Assembly (NCBI GenBank): GCA_950072105.1 | Contig: CATMOE010000023.1 | Location: forward strand, 1-51,416 | Origin: an uncultured Dehalococcoidia bacterium | GTDB taxonomy: Bacteria; Chloroflexota; Dehalococcoidia; Lucifugimonadales; UBA3495 | Direction of reading: 5' to 3' | Length of the DNA: 51,416 bases | Shown here: positions 22,800-33,603 of the stretch, piece after piece | How the letters are laid out: the number at the start of each line of letters is the position of its first letter | Numbering within the stretch: position 1 is the stretch's first letter | Position numbers and translations under genes: made by a program | Notes under the pieces: generated by a model | The model's database searches: none | What the model saw: the letters and a program-made list of their open reading frames with translations, nothing else | What the model was told of the DNA's origin: nothing

Positions 22800-24623
22800 G
22801 TGCCCCGCGAACCTAAGCCGTCCTTCGGACGTAACGAATATCGGTTCGTGGAAGAGCCAGTCGGCCCGAACCAACAGAAGAGAGCTACTCGGATGAACCG
22901 AAACCAGTTTCTGCGGCTTCTCAGTTATGTACGGCACTACTGGTATTTGCTGCCATTTGTTCTGGTAAGCATGATCGCCGCTACGCTGCTGGATCTGGTG
23001 GCGCCCTGGATCACCGGCGTGATCCTTATCGATAGAGTGATCATAGCTGGCGACGCTTCATTGTTGCCTTGGGTAGCGTTAGGACTTCTCGGGGCGGTGA
23101 TTCTCCGGCAGGTATTTGAATTCGCTCACCGGTATTTCTTAGCGTTATTGACCCAGCGGACCATACATCGCCTTCGGTGCGACCTGTATCAACATATCGA
23201 AGGCCTGCCGGTCAGCTTTTTCGCCGGAACTCCCGTGGGTGACATGGTCTCTCGCCAAGTGGGCGATGCCGATGCGATAGAAGAAGGCTTGAAGGCATTC
23301 GTCACCGAGGCGGGCGTCCATCTGGTTATGGTGTTTGGAGTGCTTGCGCTGCTTTTCGCGTTGAACGTCCAGTTGACGCTGGTCATCTTACCTTTTCTGC
23401 TGATCCTAGCGGTGGTGATGCATATCTTTCGGCGGATGGTTAAGGGGTTTTCCCGGCAAGTACGAGACAGTATGGGCCGCTTGGCCACTCTGGCCACGGA
23501 AACCCTGTCGGGCATCAGGATAGTGAAAGCCTTCGCCATGGAGCGGGCCGAGCTGATCCGGTTCCGTGGAACGTCCCAGGAGATATTAACCGCCAGCGTC
23601 CGGCTGGCCCGCCTGGAAGGCTACTATCATGTTTCGGTGGAGATGATCCTGATCGGCAGCGTTGTGTTGGTGATTTGGCTTGCTGCCCCTAGGGTGCTGG
23701 CCGAGCAGATGACCGTGGGCGCGCTGGTCGCTTACTTGGGATACCTTGCCCGCGTCCAGGAACCCCTCAAAGGCCTCAGCAAGGCCAACTTCAGGATCCA
23801 AAAAGCCATGGGCGCGGCTCAGCGGATCTTCGCCGTGCTAGATGTTCCTACTGAGGAATCTAAGTCGACCGGGACGGTTGTTCTACCCAAAGCCCAGGGA
23901 CACCTGCGGTTCGAGGAGGTCTCTTTTGGGTATCGAGACGACAAACCGGTGCTCAACGATTTTTCTTTAGAGATACAACCGGGAGAGGCAGTGGCCTTGA
24001 TGGGGCCGAGCGGGGTCGGTAAGACCACGATAGTCAACCTTTTACTCCGTTTCTACGCTCCTACCCAGGGGAGTATCCTACTGGACGGCCACCCTTTGGA
24101 TAGTTTAGACGCCCATTCCCTTCGCAAACAGATCGCGGTGGTGAATCAAGACACCTTCCTCTTCTCGACCACTGTCGGGGAAAATATCCTTTACGGCAAA
24201 CCCGAAGCCAATCACGACGAGGTTGAACAAGCGGCCCGGGCCGCCAACATCCATGACTTCATCGCTACCTTGCCCCAGGGATATGACACCGAGGTGGGCC
24301 AGCGAGGAGTGGCCCTATCCGGTGGCCAACGCCAGCGAATCGCTTTGGCCCGGGCATTCTTGAAAGACGCGCCGATACTGATATTGGACGAGGCTACCAC
24401 CAGCGTGGATTCGGAGGCTGAAGCGTTGATCCAGGACGCGTTGGCCAACCTGATGGGGGGGCGCACCACTCTTATAATCGCCCACCGCCTCTCGACGCTC
24501 CACCACGCCGGCCGCATCATAATTCTGCAGGATGGACGAATCGCGGAAGAAGGTTCACACCAGGAGTTGTTGGCGGGACAAGGCCTTTATAAGCGCTTAT
24601 ACGACCTGCAAGCCCTTGCATAG
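22800..24623 (+). CDS. ABC exporter, fused permease/ATPase (MsbA/Sav1866-like)
   Basis: TM domain; GPSGVGKT, LSGGQRQR, ILILDEAT, IAHRLST; start may be 22893. Confidence 0.95.
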   Translation: MPREPKPSFGRNEYRFVEEPVGPNQQKRATRMNRNQFLRLLSYVRHYWYLLPFVLVSMIAATLLDLVAPWITGVILIDRVIIAGDASLLPWVALGLLGAVILRQVFEFAHRYFLALLTQRTIHRLRCDLYQHIEGLPVSFFAGTPVGDMVSRQVGDADAIEEGLKAFVTEAGVHLVMVFGVLALLFALNVQLTLVILPFLLILAVVMHIFRRMVKGFSRQVRDSMGRLATLATETLSGIRIVKAFAMERAELIRFRGTSQEILTASVRLARLEGYYHVSVEMILIGSVVLVIWLAAPRVLAEQMTVGALVAYLGYLARVQEPLKGLSKANFRIQKAMGAAQRIFAVLDVPTEESKSTGTVVLPKAQGHLRFEEVSFGYRDDKPVLNDFSLEIQPGEAVALMGPSGVGKTTIVNLLLRFYAPTQGSILLDGHPLDSLDAHSLRKQIAVVNQDTFLFSTTVGENILYGKPEANHDEVEQAARAANIHDFIATLPQGYDTEVGQRGVALSGGQRQRIALARAFLKDAPILILDEATTSVDSEAEALIQDALANLMGGRTTLIIAHRLSTLHHAGRIIILQDGRIAEEGSHQELLAGQGLYKRLYDLQALA

Positions 24624-24669
24624 CCGCGTCCGGAGCCCGGGATGCCAGCGCATCGGTATTGGGACACGG

Positions 24670-25158
24670 TTAGTCAGGGGAAGTGGTTATGATGTCCCCT
24701 TCTTTAATGATTCCTTCACTTAAAATCTCGCAACTGATGCCGCCGTTGTCCCAGAGTTCCTTGTACAAACCCGGTTGACCCAGAAGTTCCTCGAGGTAGA
24801 GGCACGGCTGGGTGATCCGGTGGGCCCGCAAGCGAACCGGCCCCACAAAGAATTCGGTTCCGATGAGATCGTTGATCTCGATGCCCCGAGTCAGAATGTT
24901 GCGGCGGGACTCTTCGGGCTTAACGGTTATGTCGAACTTGTCCTTGAGCGACTCCAAAGTTTCACTCTTGATCAGGGTGACCTGCCGGCCGGGCTCAGGT
25001 TTTTTCGAGTATGTCCCAGTGCCCAGAAAGTACCGGTCGCCTTCTATTCCCTGTCCGGCTAACGCATTCATATGTTCAACTTTTTTCATTGGAGCAGCCC
25101 TTTTGTCCACAATGAAGAGCGCAACCACATTGCCGGTTCTTAGCTCTGAATCTGCCAT
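24670..25158 (-). CDS. MOSC domain protein
   Basis: GIEGDRY, RQVTLI, RRNILTRG, PC..LE, GGISCEIL.EG.I..GD. Confidence 0.9.
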   Translation of the reverse strand: MADSELRTGNVVALFIVDKRAAPMKKVEHMNALAGQGIEGDRYFLGTGTYSKKPEPGRQVTLIKSETLESLKDKFDITVKPEESRRNILTRGIEINDLIGTEFFVGPVRLRAHRITQPCLYLEELLGQPGLYKELWDNGGISCEILSEGIIKEGDIITTSPD

Positions 25159-25212
25159 ATAGTAACTCCAAGATTACTGACTACGATCAGTGGCATCGGC
25201 GCGGTCTTCGAC

Positions 25213-26961
25213 TCAACCGCCGTTCTCGCCTTCTCGAACCCTCATCTCTCCACGTAGTGCCTCAGTGGCCCTGAGGTCCAACTCCAGGGTTCCAGGATCT
25301 ATGACAACTCCATACTCACGGCGAACGTGATCCAAAGTTAGTTTCTCCTGTTGGACATCGTCCAGCACGGCGTAAACGTCCCGGTCTAAGGGGTCGCCGT
25401 AGCCACCGCCACCAGCCTGAATCACCCGGTAAACGTCGCCTTTCTTTAGCGTCGTCAGGTACTTGCCGGGCAACTCTTGCAGGTCGGTGTCGGGGTTGAG
25501 GTAGTTACGCGTCGGCGTCCCCGGCTTGCCGCCTTGCACTCCCCATGGCAGAAAATCGGTGCGGTCCGTGCGGAGTTGGAAGGTGGCTTCTTCGGCCAGG
25601 ATGCGGAAATCGCGGATCAGGCTCAGCCCGCCGCGAAACTTGCCGGCCCCCGCCGTGTCGGGATACAAGCCAAACCGTTCGATAAGCAGCGGCTGTTCCG
25701 ACTCGATGCTTTCTATCGGCGTGTTGGCCATATTCAGCACTGGAGAGGACAAACCGTCGGCGCCATCGATATGGGGACCGCCGCCTCGGGGTCCGTCGTT
25801 GTCGAACTCCAGATAGACCCAAGCCTTACGGTTCTGGTCGTAGCCACCAAAGCTGATTCCGACCTCTCCGCCGCCCCATGCCGCGGGTACCTTTTCGGGC
25901 ATCGCCTGAGCCATAGCCCCGAACAGGGTGTGGCATATGCGGAATCCGGCCAAGCCGCGAGCCGCCACGGGCGCCGGATGCTGGGGATTCACGAAGCAGC
26001 CTTCGGGGGCGGAGATATTAAACGCCCGGAAGAAGCCGCTGTTCGACTGGATGGCCGGGTCGATCAAGCATTTGAAAACAGCGTAAACGTTTGACTTGGT
26101 GTAAGCAAAGTTGGGATTGATCGAGCCCTTGGCTTGGGGTGAAGTACCGTTGAAGTCAACGAATACTTCATCCCCGTCGATCTTGACCTTGGCGTGAATG
26201 GCGATCGGTTGAGGGTCGATACCGTCGTTGTCGATGTAGTCGGTGAACTCCCATTCGCCATGAGGCAGGGAGCTGATCTCGGCCCTGGTCAGTTGCTCGG
26301 TGGAGTCTAGGATGTCAGCCATGTAATCTTTCATTTCTTCCACACCGTACTCGCCGACCAGTCTTAACAGGTCACGCTCGCCAAACCGAACGGCAGCCAA
26401 CAGGGCCTGAACGTCGCCTAGAACCATTTCCGGCACTCGCACATTCTTTTCCAGGATCCGCCAAACTGCTTGATTCAAGTTCCCCCGGTCATAAAGCTTC
26501 AACGGAGGGATAATGAGACCTTCCTGATAGATCTCCGTGTTATCGCAAGCGTTGCCGCCGGCTACCCGGCCTCCGATGTCCGTTTGGTGCCCGATGCAAC
26601 AGGTCCAGCCGAATAGGGCGTCGTTAACGAATATCGGCTTGAACAGGAAGATGTCGGGCAGGTGGCTGCCGCCCTCGTAGGGATCGTTGTTGGCGAAGAT
26701 ATCTTCGGGATGGACGTCGTCGCCAAAGGCATTCATCACTCCTTCCAACGCCGGCGCCATTGAACCGAGGTGAGGAGGGAGGGTAAGTCCTTGAGCAACC
26801 TGCTCTCCTTCGGCAGTGAATATGGACGTGGAGAAGTCCATGCCGTGTTTAATGACCGCCGAGCGAGCGGTACGCACCACCGTCAAGGCCATGGTATCGG
26901 CGGCGCTCATCAATGCGTTCTTGATGATTTCCCTGGTGACCGCATCCGTGGCACGGCGCAT
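25213..26961 (-). CDS. Hydantoinase B/oxoprolinase family protein
   Basis: RTARS..IK..MDFS, NDPYEGGSHLPD, HQTDIGG, GAGKFRGG, GGGGYGDP. Confidence 0.93.
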   Translation of the reverse strand: MRRATDAVTREIIKNALMSAADTMALTVVRTARSAVIKHGMDFSTSIFTAEGEQVAQGLTLPPHLGSMAPALEGVMNAFGDDVHPEDIFANNDPYEGGSHLPDIFLFKPIFVNDALFGWTCCIGHQTDIGGRVAGGNACDNTEIYQEGLIIPPLKLYDRGNLNQAVWRILEKNVRVPEMVLGDVQALLAAVRFGERDLLRLVGEYGVEEMKDYMADILDSTEQLTRAEISSLPHGEWEFTDYIDNDGIDPQPIAIHAKVKIDGDEVFVDFNGTSPQAKGSINPNFAYTKSNVYAVFKCLIDPAIQSNSGFFRAFNISAPEGCFVNPQHPAPVAARGLAGFRICHTLFGAMAQAMPEKVPAAWGGGEVGISFGGYDQNRKAWVYLEFDNDGPRGGGPHIDGADGLSSPVLNMANTPIESIESEQPLLIERFGLYPDTAGAGKFRGGLSLIRDFRILAEEATFQLRTDRTDFLPWGVQGGKPGTPTRNYLNPDTDLQELPGKYLTTLKKGDVYRVIQAGGGGYGDPLDRDVYAVLDDVQQEKLTLDHVRREYGVVIDPGTLELDLRATEALRGEMRVREGENGG

Positions 26962-26972
26962 ATCGATCTCCT

Positions 26973-29069
26973 TTACGTGCCTTTTTCCAGGATAATGTTT
27001 CGCCACGAGTCGACCGACGCTCGCCATCGGGGAGGGACCACGGTGGTCGAGTCGTATTCTTCAATGATCAACGGCCCGTCGGCCGGGTTGTCAGTCAGTC
27101 CGCCACGGTCGATCACTGTAGTATCGATCCAACCGATGTCGCCGCCGAAGTACACCTGGCGTTTAGACGGCCCATTTCGATCAGACACCGGTAGATCCAA
27201 ACGCTCCGGAGTCCGCGATTCTTGGGACAAACCACGGGCGATCACTCGCAGATTGACCATCTGATAGGGGGCGTCTGTCCTGTAGCCGAAACTCTTCACG
27301 TGCTCCTCGGCGAACACCTCTCCGAGTTCGGAAAGGGTTTTTTGAGTGACTTTCCCCGGCGGCATCAAGACCGTCAACTCCGAAACCTGCCCTTTATATT
27401 TCATGTCGACCTGGGTAACGATCTGCTGGGCGGAATCAGCGAACCCTTCGGCCCGTAGCTGTTGCCTTCCCTCCTCCCAGAGACCATCGAGAATCTCGGC
27501 GAGGTCAGATACTTGAAGCTGGTCGAAGATCTTGAAGTAGGTGCGGACAAAGTGGTGCTCCACGTTGGCAAGCAACAAGCCAAAAGAACTGAACACTCCG
27601 GGAAAGGGGGGCACCACCATCCGGTTGATGTCCAACATCTCGGCCAATCCAGCCGCGTGTACCGGCCCGCCGCCACCAAAGGAAAAGAGGACGAACCGGC
27701 GGGGGTCCCGGCCCCGTTCGCTCGACACCGCCCGCAGAGCTCGAGCCATGTTGGAGTTGACCAGCAGGTGAATGCCGTGAGCAGCCTCGACGGCCGAGAT
27801 TCCCAAAGGCATGGCCACGTCCCTCGTGATCGCCTCCTCCGCCAGATCCCGGTCGATGGGAAAGTCCCCACCAAGCAGGTATTCGGGATTCAGATAGCCC
27901 AGCAGAACGTCTGCGTCGGTGACGGTAGCGTCCTGGCCTCCTAGGCGGTAGCAGGCGGGACCGGGCACGGCTCCGGAGCTTTGAGGGCCAACCCTGATAG
28001 AGCCGCCCCGGTCGACGCTGGCGATGCTGCCTCCACCGGCCCCCACCTCCGCAAGGTCGATGGACGGCACTCGAAGGATGTGACCCGACCCTCGCAAAAG
28101 CCGGTGACCCGCGCTTATGTCCCCGCCGACTTCATATTCCGGGGCTTGAAGTATCTCCCCGTTTTCGATTATGGACGCTTTGGCCGTGGTGCCACCCATA
28201 TCCAAAGTCATCAGATCGTCCAAACCGAGACGGCTACCCAAGTGGTAAGCCCCCACTACTCCCGCGGCAGGCCCAGACTCGATGCAGTAAACCGGCTTCT
28301 CCATGGCTATTTTGGAGGTGGCCAACCCGCCGTTGGACTGCATCACCACCAACGGCACACTTATGCCCATCCTCTGTAGCCCTTCGATCAGCCGGCCTAG
28401 GTAGCGCTCCACTACCGGGCGGACGTAGCAGTTGATCACCGTGGTGCTGGTGCGCTCGTATTCCTTCATCTCCGGCAGCAGATCGCTGGAAAGGGTGAGA
28501 ATCACATCAGGAGCACGTTGCCGGATCACTTGGCCGATCTGCTGTTCGTGGTCCGGGTTGGCGTAGGAGTGAAGGAGGCACACCGCCACCGCCTCCACTT
28601 CCTCTTCCAAGATGCGGTCGACGGCCTTGTCGACGTCGGCATTGTCCAGGGGACGCAGGACTTCGCCTTGGAAATTCAGGCGCTCCCGCACCTCCAGGCG
28701 TAGCTGGCGTTTGACCAGGGCCGGGGGCTTTTCGTAGTAGAGATCGTACAGCCTGGGGACTCGGTTTCGGCGTAGTTCCAGAACATCCCGAAATCCTTCG
28801 GTGGTGATGAGGGCGGTTTTGGCTCCCTTGTTCTCAATGATGGCGTTGGTGGCGACGGTGAAGCCGTGGCTCACTTCTGACACGGAATCCGGTCCGATGC
28901 CCAGTTCTTTCACGCCATTATCTATGGCCTCCAGAACTGCCCGGCTATAGTCGTCCGGAGTGCTGGCGACCTTCCTCGCCAGGACATGCCCGCCGCTGGA
29001 CAGGAAGACAACATCGGTGAAGGTGCCGCCGATGTCCACGCCTATCCGGTAATCCACCATATTGACCAC
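26973..29069 (-). CDS. Hydantoinase A/oxoprolinase family protein
   Basis: IGVDIGGTFTD, TVATNA, EYERTSTT, ESGPAAG, DMGGTT, GAGGGSIA, PGPACY. Confidence 0.95.
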   Translation of the reverse strand: MVNMVDYRIGVDIGGTFTDVVFLSSGGHVLARKVASTPDDYSRAVLEAIDNGVKELGIGPDSVSEVSHGFTVATNAIIENKGAKTALITTEGFRDVLELRRNRVPRLYDLYYEKPPALVKRQLRLEVRERLNFQGEVLRPLDNADVDKAVDRILEEEVEAVAVCLLHSYANPDHEQQIGQVIRQRAPDVILTLSSDLLPEMKEYERTSTTVINCYVRPVVERYLGRLIEGLQRMGISVPLVVMQSNGGLATSKIAMEKPVYCIESGPAAGVVGAYHLGSRLGLDDLMTLDMGGTTAKASIIENGEILQAPEYEVGGDISAGHRLLRGSGHILRVPSIDLAEVGAGGGSIASVDRGGSIRVGPQSSGAVPGPACYRLGGQDATVTDADVLLGYLNPEYLLGGDFPIDRDLAEEAITRDVAMPLGISAVEAAHGIHLLVNSNMARALRAVSSERGRDPRRFVLFSFGGGGPVHAAGLAEMLDINRMVVPPFPGVFSSFGLLLANVEHHFVRTYFKIFDQLQVSDLAEILDGLWEEGRQQLRAEGFADSAQQIVTQVDMKYKGQVSELTVLMPPGKVTQKTLSELGEVFAEEHVKSFGYRTDAPYQMVNLRVIARGLSQESRTPERLDLPVSDRNGPSKRQVYFGGDIGWIDTTVIDRGGLTDNPADGPLIIEEYDSTTVVPPRWRASVDSWRNIILEKGT

Positions 29070-29278
29070 GCTTTAAATTCGGTTGACTGGAGGGGAGCTT
29101 GACGGTGGGAGTGCCCCGTGGGGCATGTTACGTTGGCTTGGGCGGCTTGTCCATCCGGTCTCCCCTACAGGCTCCGGCTTAGCGGCGAGCAGGCTTCGTT
29201 CGAGACGAAGAAGCCGGTGGTACAATCCAAGCAGCCGTGGGGACCGGTAGGCGGCTTCATATTTCAGCGGAGGCAGTG

Positions 29279-30094
29279 ATGGGCAAATTCGACGGCAAAG
29301 TGGCGGTGGTTACCGGTGCGGGCCGCATGCGGGGTATCGGGCGAGCCGCCGCTCTGGCTTTTGCCCGGGAAGGCGCCAATGTAACCCTAGCCGGTACCGG
29401 CCGCGACCCCACAACCTTCCCCCAAGACGAGCAGGACGCCGGATGGAAAGACGTGGACAGCGTAGCCCAGGAGATCAAAAGCCTGGGAGTTGACGCCCTT
29501 CCCCTGGTGGCCGACGTTACCAAGTCGGATCAGATCCAAAGCATGGTGGACCGGACAGTGGAGCGGTTTGGCAGGATCGATTTTCTGGTGAACAACGCCA
29601 GCGCTCCACGCATGGCTGCCTGGGCTGAACTGGAGGACCTGACCGAAGAGGCTTGGCGGTACGTGATGGACGTGAAGGTCACCGGCGCGTTCCTCTGTAC
29701 CCAGGCGGTCACCAAAGTGATGATGCGCCAGGGTTGGGGAGGCAGCATAGTCAACGTGATCTCGGTGGAAGCCAAGATAAGCCGGCCCACCGACCTGGCC
29801 TACGCCACCGCCAGCGGCGCTCTGTACACTTTCACAACCAAAGCCGGACGGGCCCTGGCGCCCCACGGGATCCGCGTCAACGGCGTCAGCCCCGGAACCA
29901 CCGACACCGCCCGTAACGATGCCCTTTATGGATACCCCCGTAGCCCGGAGTGGGCCGCAAGGGTGGAGTCCATACCGATAGGCCGGGCGGGAACGCCCGA
30001 GGAGATGGGCGGCTTTATCGCCTGGCTGTGTAGCAAAGAGGCCGAGTTTATCGTGGGCCAATGTATCGAGATCGACGGTGGCCAGGCGACCTGA
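29279..30094 (+). CDS. Short-chain dehydrogenase/reductase
   Basis: TGAGRMRGIG, LVNNA, IRVNGVSPG, IDGG; catalytic motif is YATAS (Lys absent). Confidence 0.9.
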   Translation: MGKFDGKVAVVTGAGRMRGIGRAAALAFAREGANVTLAGTGRDPTTFPQDEQDAGWKDVDSVAQEIKSLGVDALPLVADVTKSDQIQSMVDRTVERFGRIDFLVNNASAPRMAAWAELEDLTEEAWRYVMDVKVTGAFLCTQAVTKVMMRQGWGGSIVNVISVEAKISRPTDLAYATASGALYTFTTKAGRALAPHGIRVNGVSPGTTDTARNDALYGYPRSPEWAARVESIPIGRAGTPEEMGGFIAWLCSKEAEFIVGQCIEIDGGQAT

Positions 30095-30165
30095 AGAGTA
30101 TTCGCCACCCCCACCCCAACCGATTCCCACACCCGAGCGAACCGCGATAAGGAGGCGGCAGGTAA

Positions 30166-31386
30166 ATGTCCATTTTGATCAAGGCTGCAAAATTGATCGA
30201 CGGCAAGGGGACCACCATTGAAAACGCCGCGTTATTGATGGATGGCGACCGGATAACCGCCCTAGGCCGTCAGGCAGACATCCAGCCCGCCGAAGGGGTG
30301 GAGGTGATCGACGCCGGTAATAGAACCATCATGCCGGGGTTAGTCGACGCCCACGTCCATCTGGTCAACTCCGGTGGGCCGCTCAGCGCGATGGATGCAC
30401 GAAGCGCGTCGGACGACGACATGATGATATTGAGCACGAAAAACGCCCTGTTGGCGATCAGATCAGGGATCACCACCATCAGGGACCTGGGCGGCAAGGG
30501 GTTCATCACCGTGGCGATCAGAGACGCCATTGCCAAGGGCATCATCCCTGGCCCACGGGTCGTGTCTTGTGCGGCCGCGTTGACTATTACCGGTGGGCAA
30601 GCCCACTTCAAGTCCCTTGAAGTCGACACTCTCGACGAGATGAAGAAAGCCGTCCGCTACACGATCAAAGGCGGGGCCGACTGCATCAAGATCTTCGGCT
30701 CAGGAGGAAACGCCACCCCCGGAAGCAATCCTTTGGCAGCCCAATACAGCATGGAGGAGTTCCGGGTGGCCGCCGACGAGGCACACCGTTTGGGGAAACA
30801 CGTGGCCGCACACGTACACCCAACAGTTGCCATCCGCTCGGCAGTCGAAGCGGGCATCGACTCCTTGGAGCACTGTAGCTGGATGGGTCTTGGTGGAATC
30901 AGTGTGGACCAAGGTTTGCTTGAGGAGATAATCAACAAAGGCATAACCATAAGCCTGGGTTTTCCGGCCAGCTGGTACCGGGTACCTTTGGACGAGATTC
31001 AAGATGTGATGGACCGGGATGGGCGGGAGGCGATGTTGGAACCCCGCTACCGAACCATAAGGGAGATGTACGATTCGGACGCCAAAGTGGTAGCCAGCAG
31101 CGATGCTGGGTCCACGGCCACCCGGATCGACGAGTTCGCCTTGTTGCTGGAATTCCTGGTCAACCGGTTGGAGATACCGGCGGAGCGAGTCATCACGTCG
31201 GCCACCAGCCTCGCGGCGGAGGCCATCGGCCTAGGCAAGGAGACTGGGAGCCTGGAACCAGGTAAAAAGGCCGATATCATTTTGATCGACGGAGACCCGT
31301 TGTCGGACATCACCGCTCTACAGCGGGTGGACACCGTGATCAAGGACGGCCGGGTGGCCGCCAGTATGGGTCAGGTGGTCATTTAA
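30166..31386 (+). CDS. Metal-dependent amidohydrolase (prolidase-like)
   Basis: MPGLVDAHVH, GADCIK, AAH, SLEH, SSDAG, GSLEPGKKAD. Confidence 0.92.
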   Translation: MSILIKAAKLIDGKGTTIENAALLMDGDRITALGRQADIQPAEGVEVIDAGNRTIMPGLVDAHVHLVNSGGPLSAMDARSASDDDMMILSTKNALLAIRSGITTIRDLGGKGFITVAIRDAIAKGIIPGPRVVSCAAALTITGGQAHFKSLEVDTLDEMKKAVRYTIKGGADCIKIFGSGGNATPGSNPLAAQYSMEEFRVAADEAHRLGKHVAAHVHPTVAIRSAVEAGIDSLEHCSWMGLGGISVDQGLLEEIINKGITISLGFPASWYRVPLDEIQDVMDRDGREAMLEPRYRTIREMYDSDAKVVASSDAGSTATRIDEFALLLEFLVNRLEIPAERVITSATSLAAEAIGLGKETGSLEPGKKADIILIDGDPLSDITALQRVDTVIKDGRVAASMGQVVI

Positions 31387-31416
31387 GGAAAACATTCTTG
31401 CCACACGGAGACTGAG

Positions 31417-31866
31417 ATGCCCGTACCGGAAAGAATACAGCCCAAAAGTCTTGGCGATTACCTAGAGATTATGACTAAGGCCGTTTTCCAAAGTGGTATT
31501 TCCTGGAAAGTAGTCGAAGCCAAGTGGCCTGGCATCAAAGAAGCCTTTCAGGACTTTGATTCTGATATTGTCGCCGGCTTTTCCGAGCCGGAGTTGGACG
31601 ATCTGTGTCAAGACACCCGCGTGATACGAAACCGCCGCAAACTGTCAGCGATCGTGTCCAACACTCAGCGCATGGTAGAGCTTGACGAGGAGCACGGCGG
31701 CTTTCAAAAATACCTCCGGTCCCACCCTGATTTCTCATCCACGGTTCAGGACATCCGTAAACAGTTCAAGTTCATGGGAGACACGGGAACTTACTTCTTC
31801 CTACACGTGGTAGGCGAAGAAGTCCCTCCCCACGATGAATGGTCCGCGTCCCGGAAAAGTAAGTAG
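31417..31866 (+). CDS. DNA-3-methyladenine glycosylase I (Tag)-like protein, short form
   Basis: FQSGISW..V..K......AF..FD, IRNRRKL.A...N, FKFMG. Confidence 0.85.
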   Translation: MPVPERIQPKSLGDYLEIMTKAVFQSGISWKVVEAKWPGIKEAFQDFDSDIVAGFSEPELDDLCQDTRVIRNRRKLSAIVSNTQRMVELDEEHGGFQKYLRSHPDFSSTVQDIRKQFKFMGDTGTYFFLHVVGEEVPPHDEWSASRKSK

Positions 31867-31924
31867 TGCTAAGCCTAATTCCATCGTAGACAAACAAGGA
31901 AAGTTATAAATTAACGTACTACCC

Positions 31925-32116
31925 ATGTTTAACGCCTGCAAAACCACTCATATTTTCTGCCGCCCAAACTGCCCCCCAGGCAGGCGGACCAAGCCGGAGA
32001 ACCGGTTGGTCTTCCCCAGTTCCAGTGCGGCTATCGACATGGGATACAGGCCATGCCTAGTATGCGTGCCGATGGAAGGACAACCCGGACCGTGGAAACC
32101 CAAAAAGCAGCGGTAG
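31925..32116 (+). CDS. Stand-alone Ada metal-binding domain protein
   Basis: KTTHIFCRPNC...PEN...F....A...GYRPCLVC. Confidence 0.85.
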   Translation: MFNACKTTHIFCRPNCPPGRRTKPENRLVFPSSSAAIDMGYRPCLVCVPMEGQPGPWKPKKQR

Positions 32117-32132
32117 GTAGGAGCAAGCCCGA

Positions 32133-33530
32133 ATGACCAGCAGCGCCCCTGGAACCTCCGGCCGAAAGGATCCCATCGACGCCTTGGTGCGTAACGTCGT
32201 CAACACCCGCTATGAAGACTTGTCTCAAGGGGCAGTGGACGCCACCAAGATCTTCATCCTCGATGCGTTCGGCGTCGCTATCGCCGGCACGTTGGCTCCC
32301 GGCGTTGCCGAAACCTTGGGCCTTCTCCAAGACTGGGGAGGGAAACCGGAGTCGACGGTGCTGGTTTCCGGAGAGCGGTTACCGGCGCCCTCGTCCGCGA
32401 TGATGAATAGCTTCCTGATGCACAATCAGGAATTCGACCCAGTACACGACTTGGCCGTGGTCCATGCCTTTACGACAGTCCTCCCGGTCGCGTTAGCCGT
32501 AGCCGAGGCCCAAGGTGGAGTAACTGGCAGGGAATTGCTTACCGCCGTCGCGCTGGGCGTGGACGTGGCCTGTGCGATCGGATTATCGTCAAGGTCGCCC
32601 ATCGCGCATTTCCGGCCAGGCACGCTAGGTGCATTTGGCGCCGTGGCCGCAGCGGGGAAGATCTCCGGGTTGGACCGGGCAACCTTAACCCACGCTATGG
32701 GAATCGTATATAGCCAGATCTGCGGTACGCTGCAGCCCCACACCGAAGGAGTTCAGGTGAACTCCATGCAGACCGCCTTCAACGCTAGGGCGGCGGTGAC
32801 CGCGATCTCACTGTCGGCCCGGGGGATCCAGGGGCCATCTGAGGTGCTGGAGGGCCGGTACGGATACTTCAGGCTATTTGAAGGGGAGTACGACGTTGCG
32901 GATGTACTGGCCAACTTGGGCAGCGTCTGGCATGTGGAGCAGATAGCCCACAAGCCGTTTCCCTGCGGCCGCCTAACCCACGGGGCGGCGGAGGCCGTCC
33001 TGATTCTGAAAGAACGTCATGGTTTCAATGCGGAAGATGTGGACGACATTGAAGTCCTAGTTCCGCCGTTGCCATACCGTTTGGTGGGACGTCCCTTGGA
33101 AGAAGGAGTTCCGTCGCCGCAATACGCCAAGCTGTCGATCCCATACGTCGCGGCAGTGGCCTTGATTCGGGGTACGGTTTTCATCACCGATTTCTGGGAA
33201 GAGCGGCTCCGTGATCCGGCGGTCCGCGAATTGGCAGGCCGGATAACGGTGGTGCAAGACCTGACGATCACGGACCAAAACGTCATGGTGCCGCAGCGGA
33301 TGCGTATCCGTCTCAAAAACGGAGCGGAGCACGAACTGATCCTGGATCAGGTGCTGGGGCACCCGGAAAAACCGCTGAGCAGGCATCAGCACCTGGAGAA
33401 ATTTCACGCCTGCTGGGCGGTGGGCGCCGGCCACCTGCCTGAAAGCAACCGAGACCTCCTGGCCGATCTAGTGGACGGCCTGGAAGACGCGCCGTCAGTC
33501 GAGGAGATCGTGCGGTTGCTCGTACCCTGA
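32133..33530 (+). CDS. MmgE/PrpD family protein
   Basis: ILDAFGVAIAG, EFDPVH, G..GP..VLEGRYG, KPFPCGRLTH, AKLSIPY, GHPEKPLS. Confidence 0.92.
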   Translation: MTSSAPGTSGRKDPIDALVRNVVNTRYEDLSQGAVDATKIFILDAFGVAIAGTLAPGVAETLGLLQDWGGKPESTVLVSGERLPAPSSAMMNSFLMHNQEFDPVHDLAVVHAFTTVLPVALAVAEAQGGVTGRELLTAVALGVDVACAIGLSSRSPIAHFRPGTLGAFGAVAAAGKISGLDRATLTHAMGIVYSQICGTLQPHTEGVQVNSMQTAFNARAAVTAISLSARGIQGPSEVLEGRYGYFRLFEGEYDVADVLANLGSVWHVEQIAHKPFPCGRLTHGAAEAVLILKERHGFNAEDVDDIEVLVPPLPYRLVGRPLEEGVPSPQYAKLSIPYVAAVALIRGTVFITDFWEERLRDPAVRELAGRITVVQDLTITDQNVMVPQRMRIRLKNGAEHELILDQVLGHPEKPLSRHQHLEKFHACWAVGAGHLPESNRDLLADLVDGLEDAPSVEEIVRLLVP

Positions 33531-33603
33531 GCAACAGTTCCGATGGGATCATGGCTTGTATCCGGAAATGACCGAGGACTAGGATAAGAGAGGGTTAACG
33601 CGA

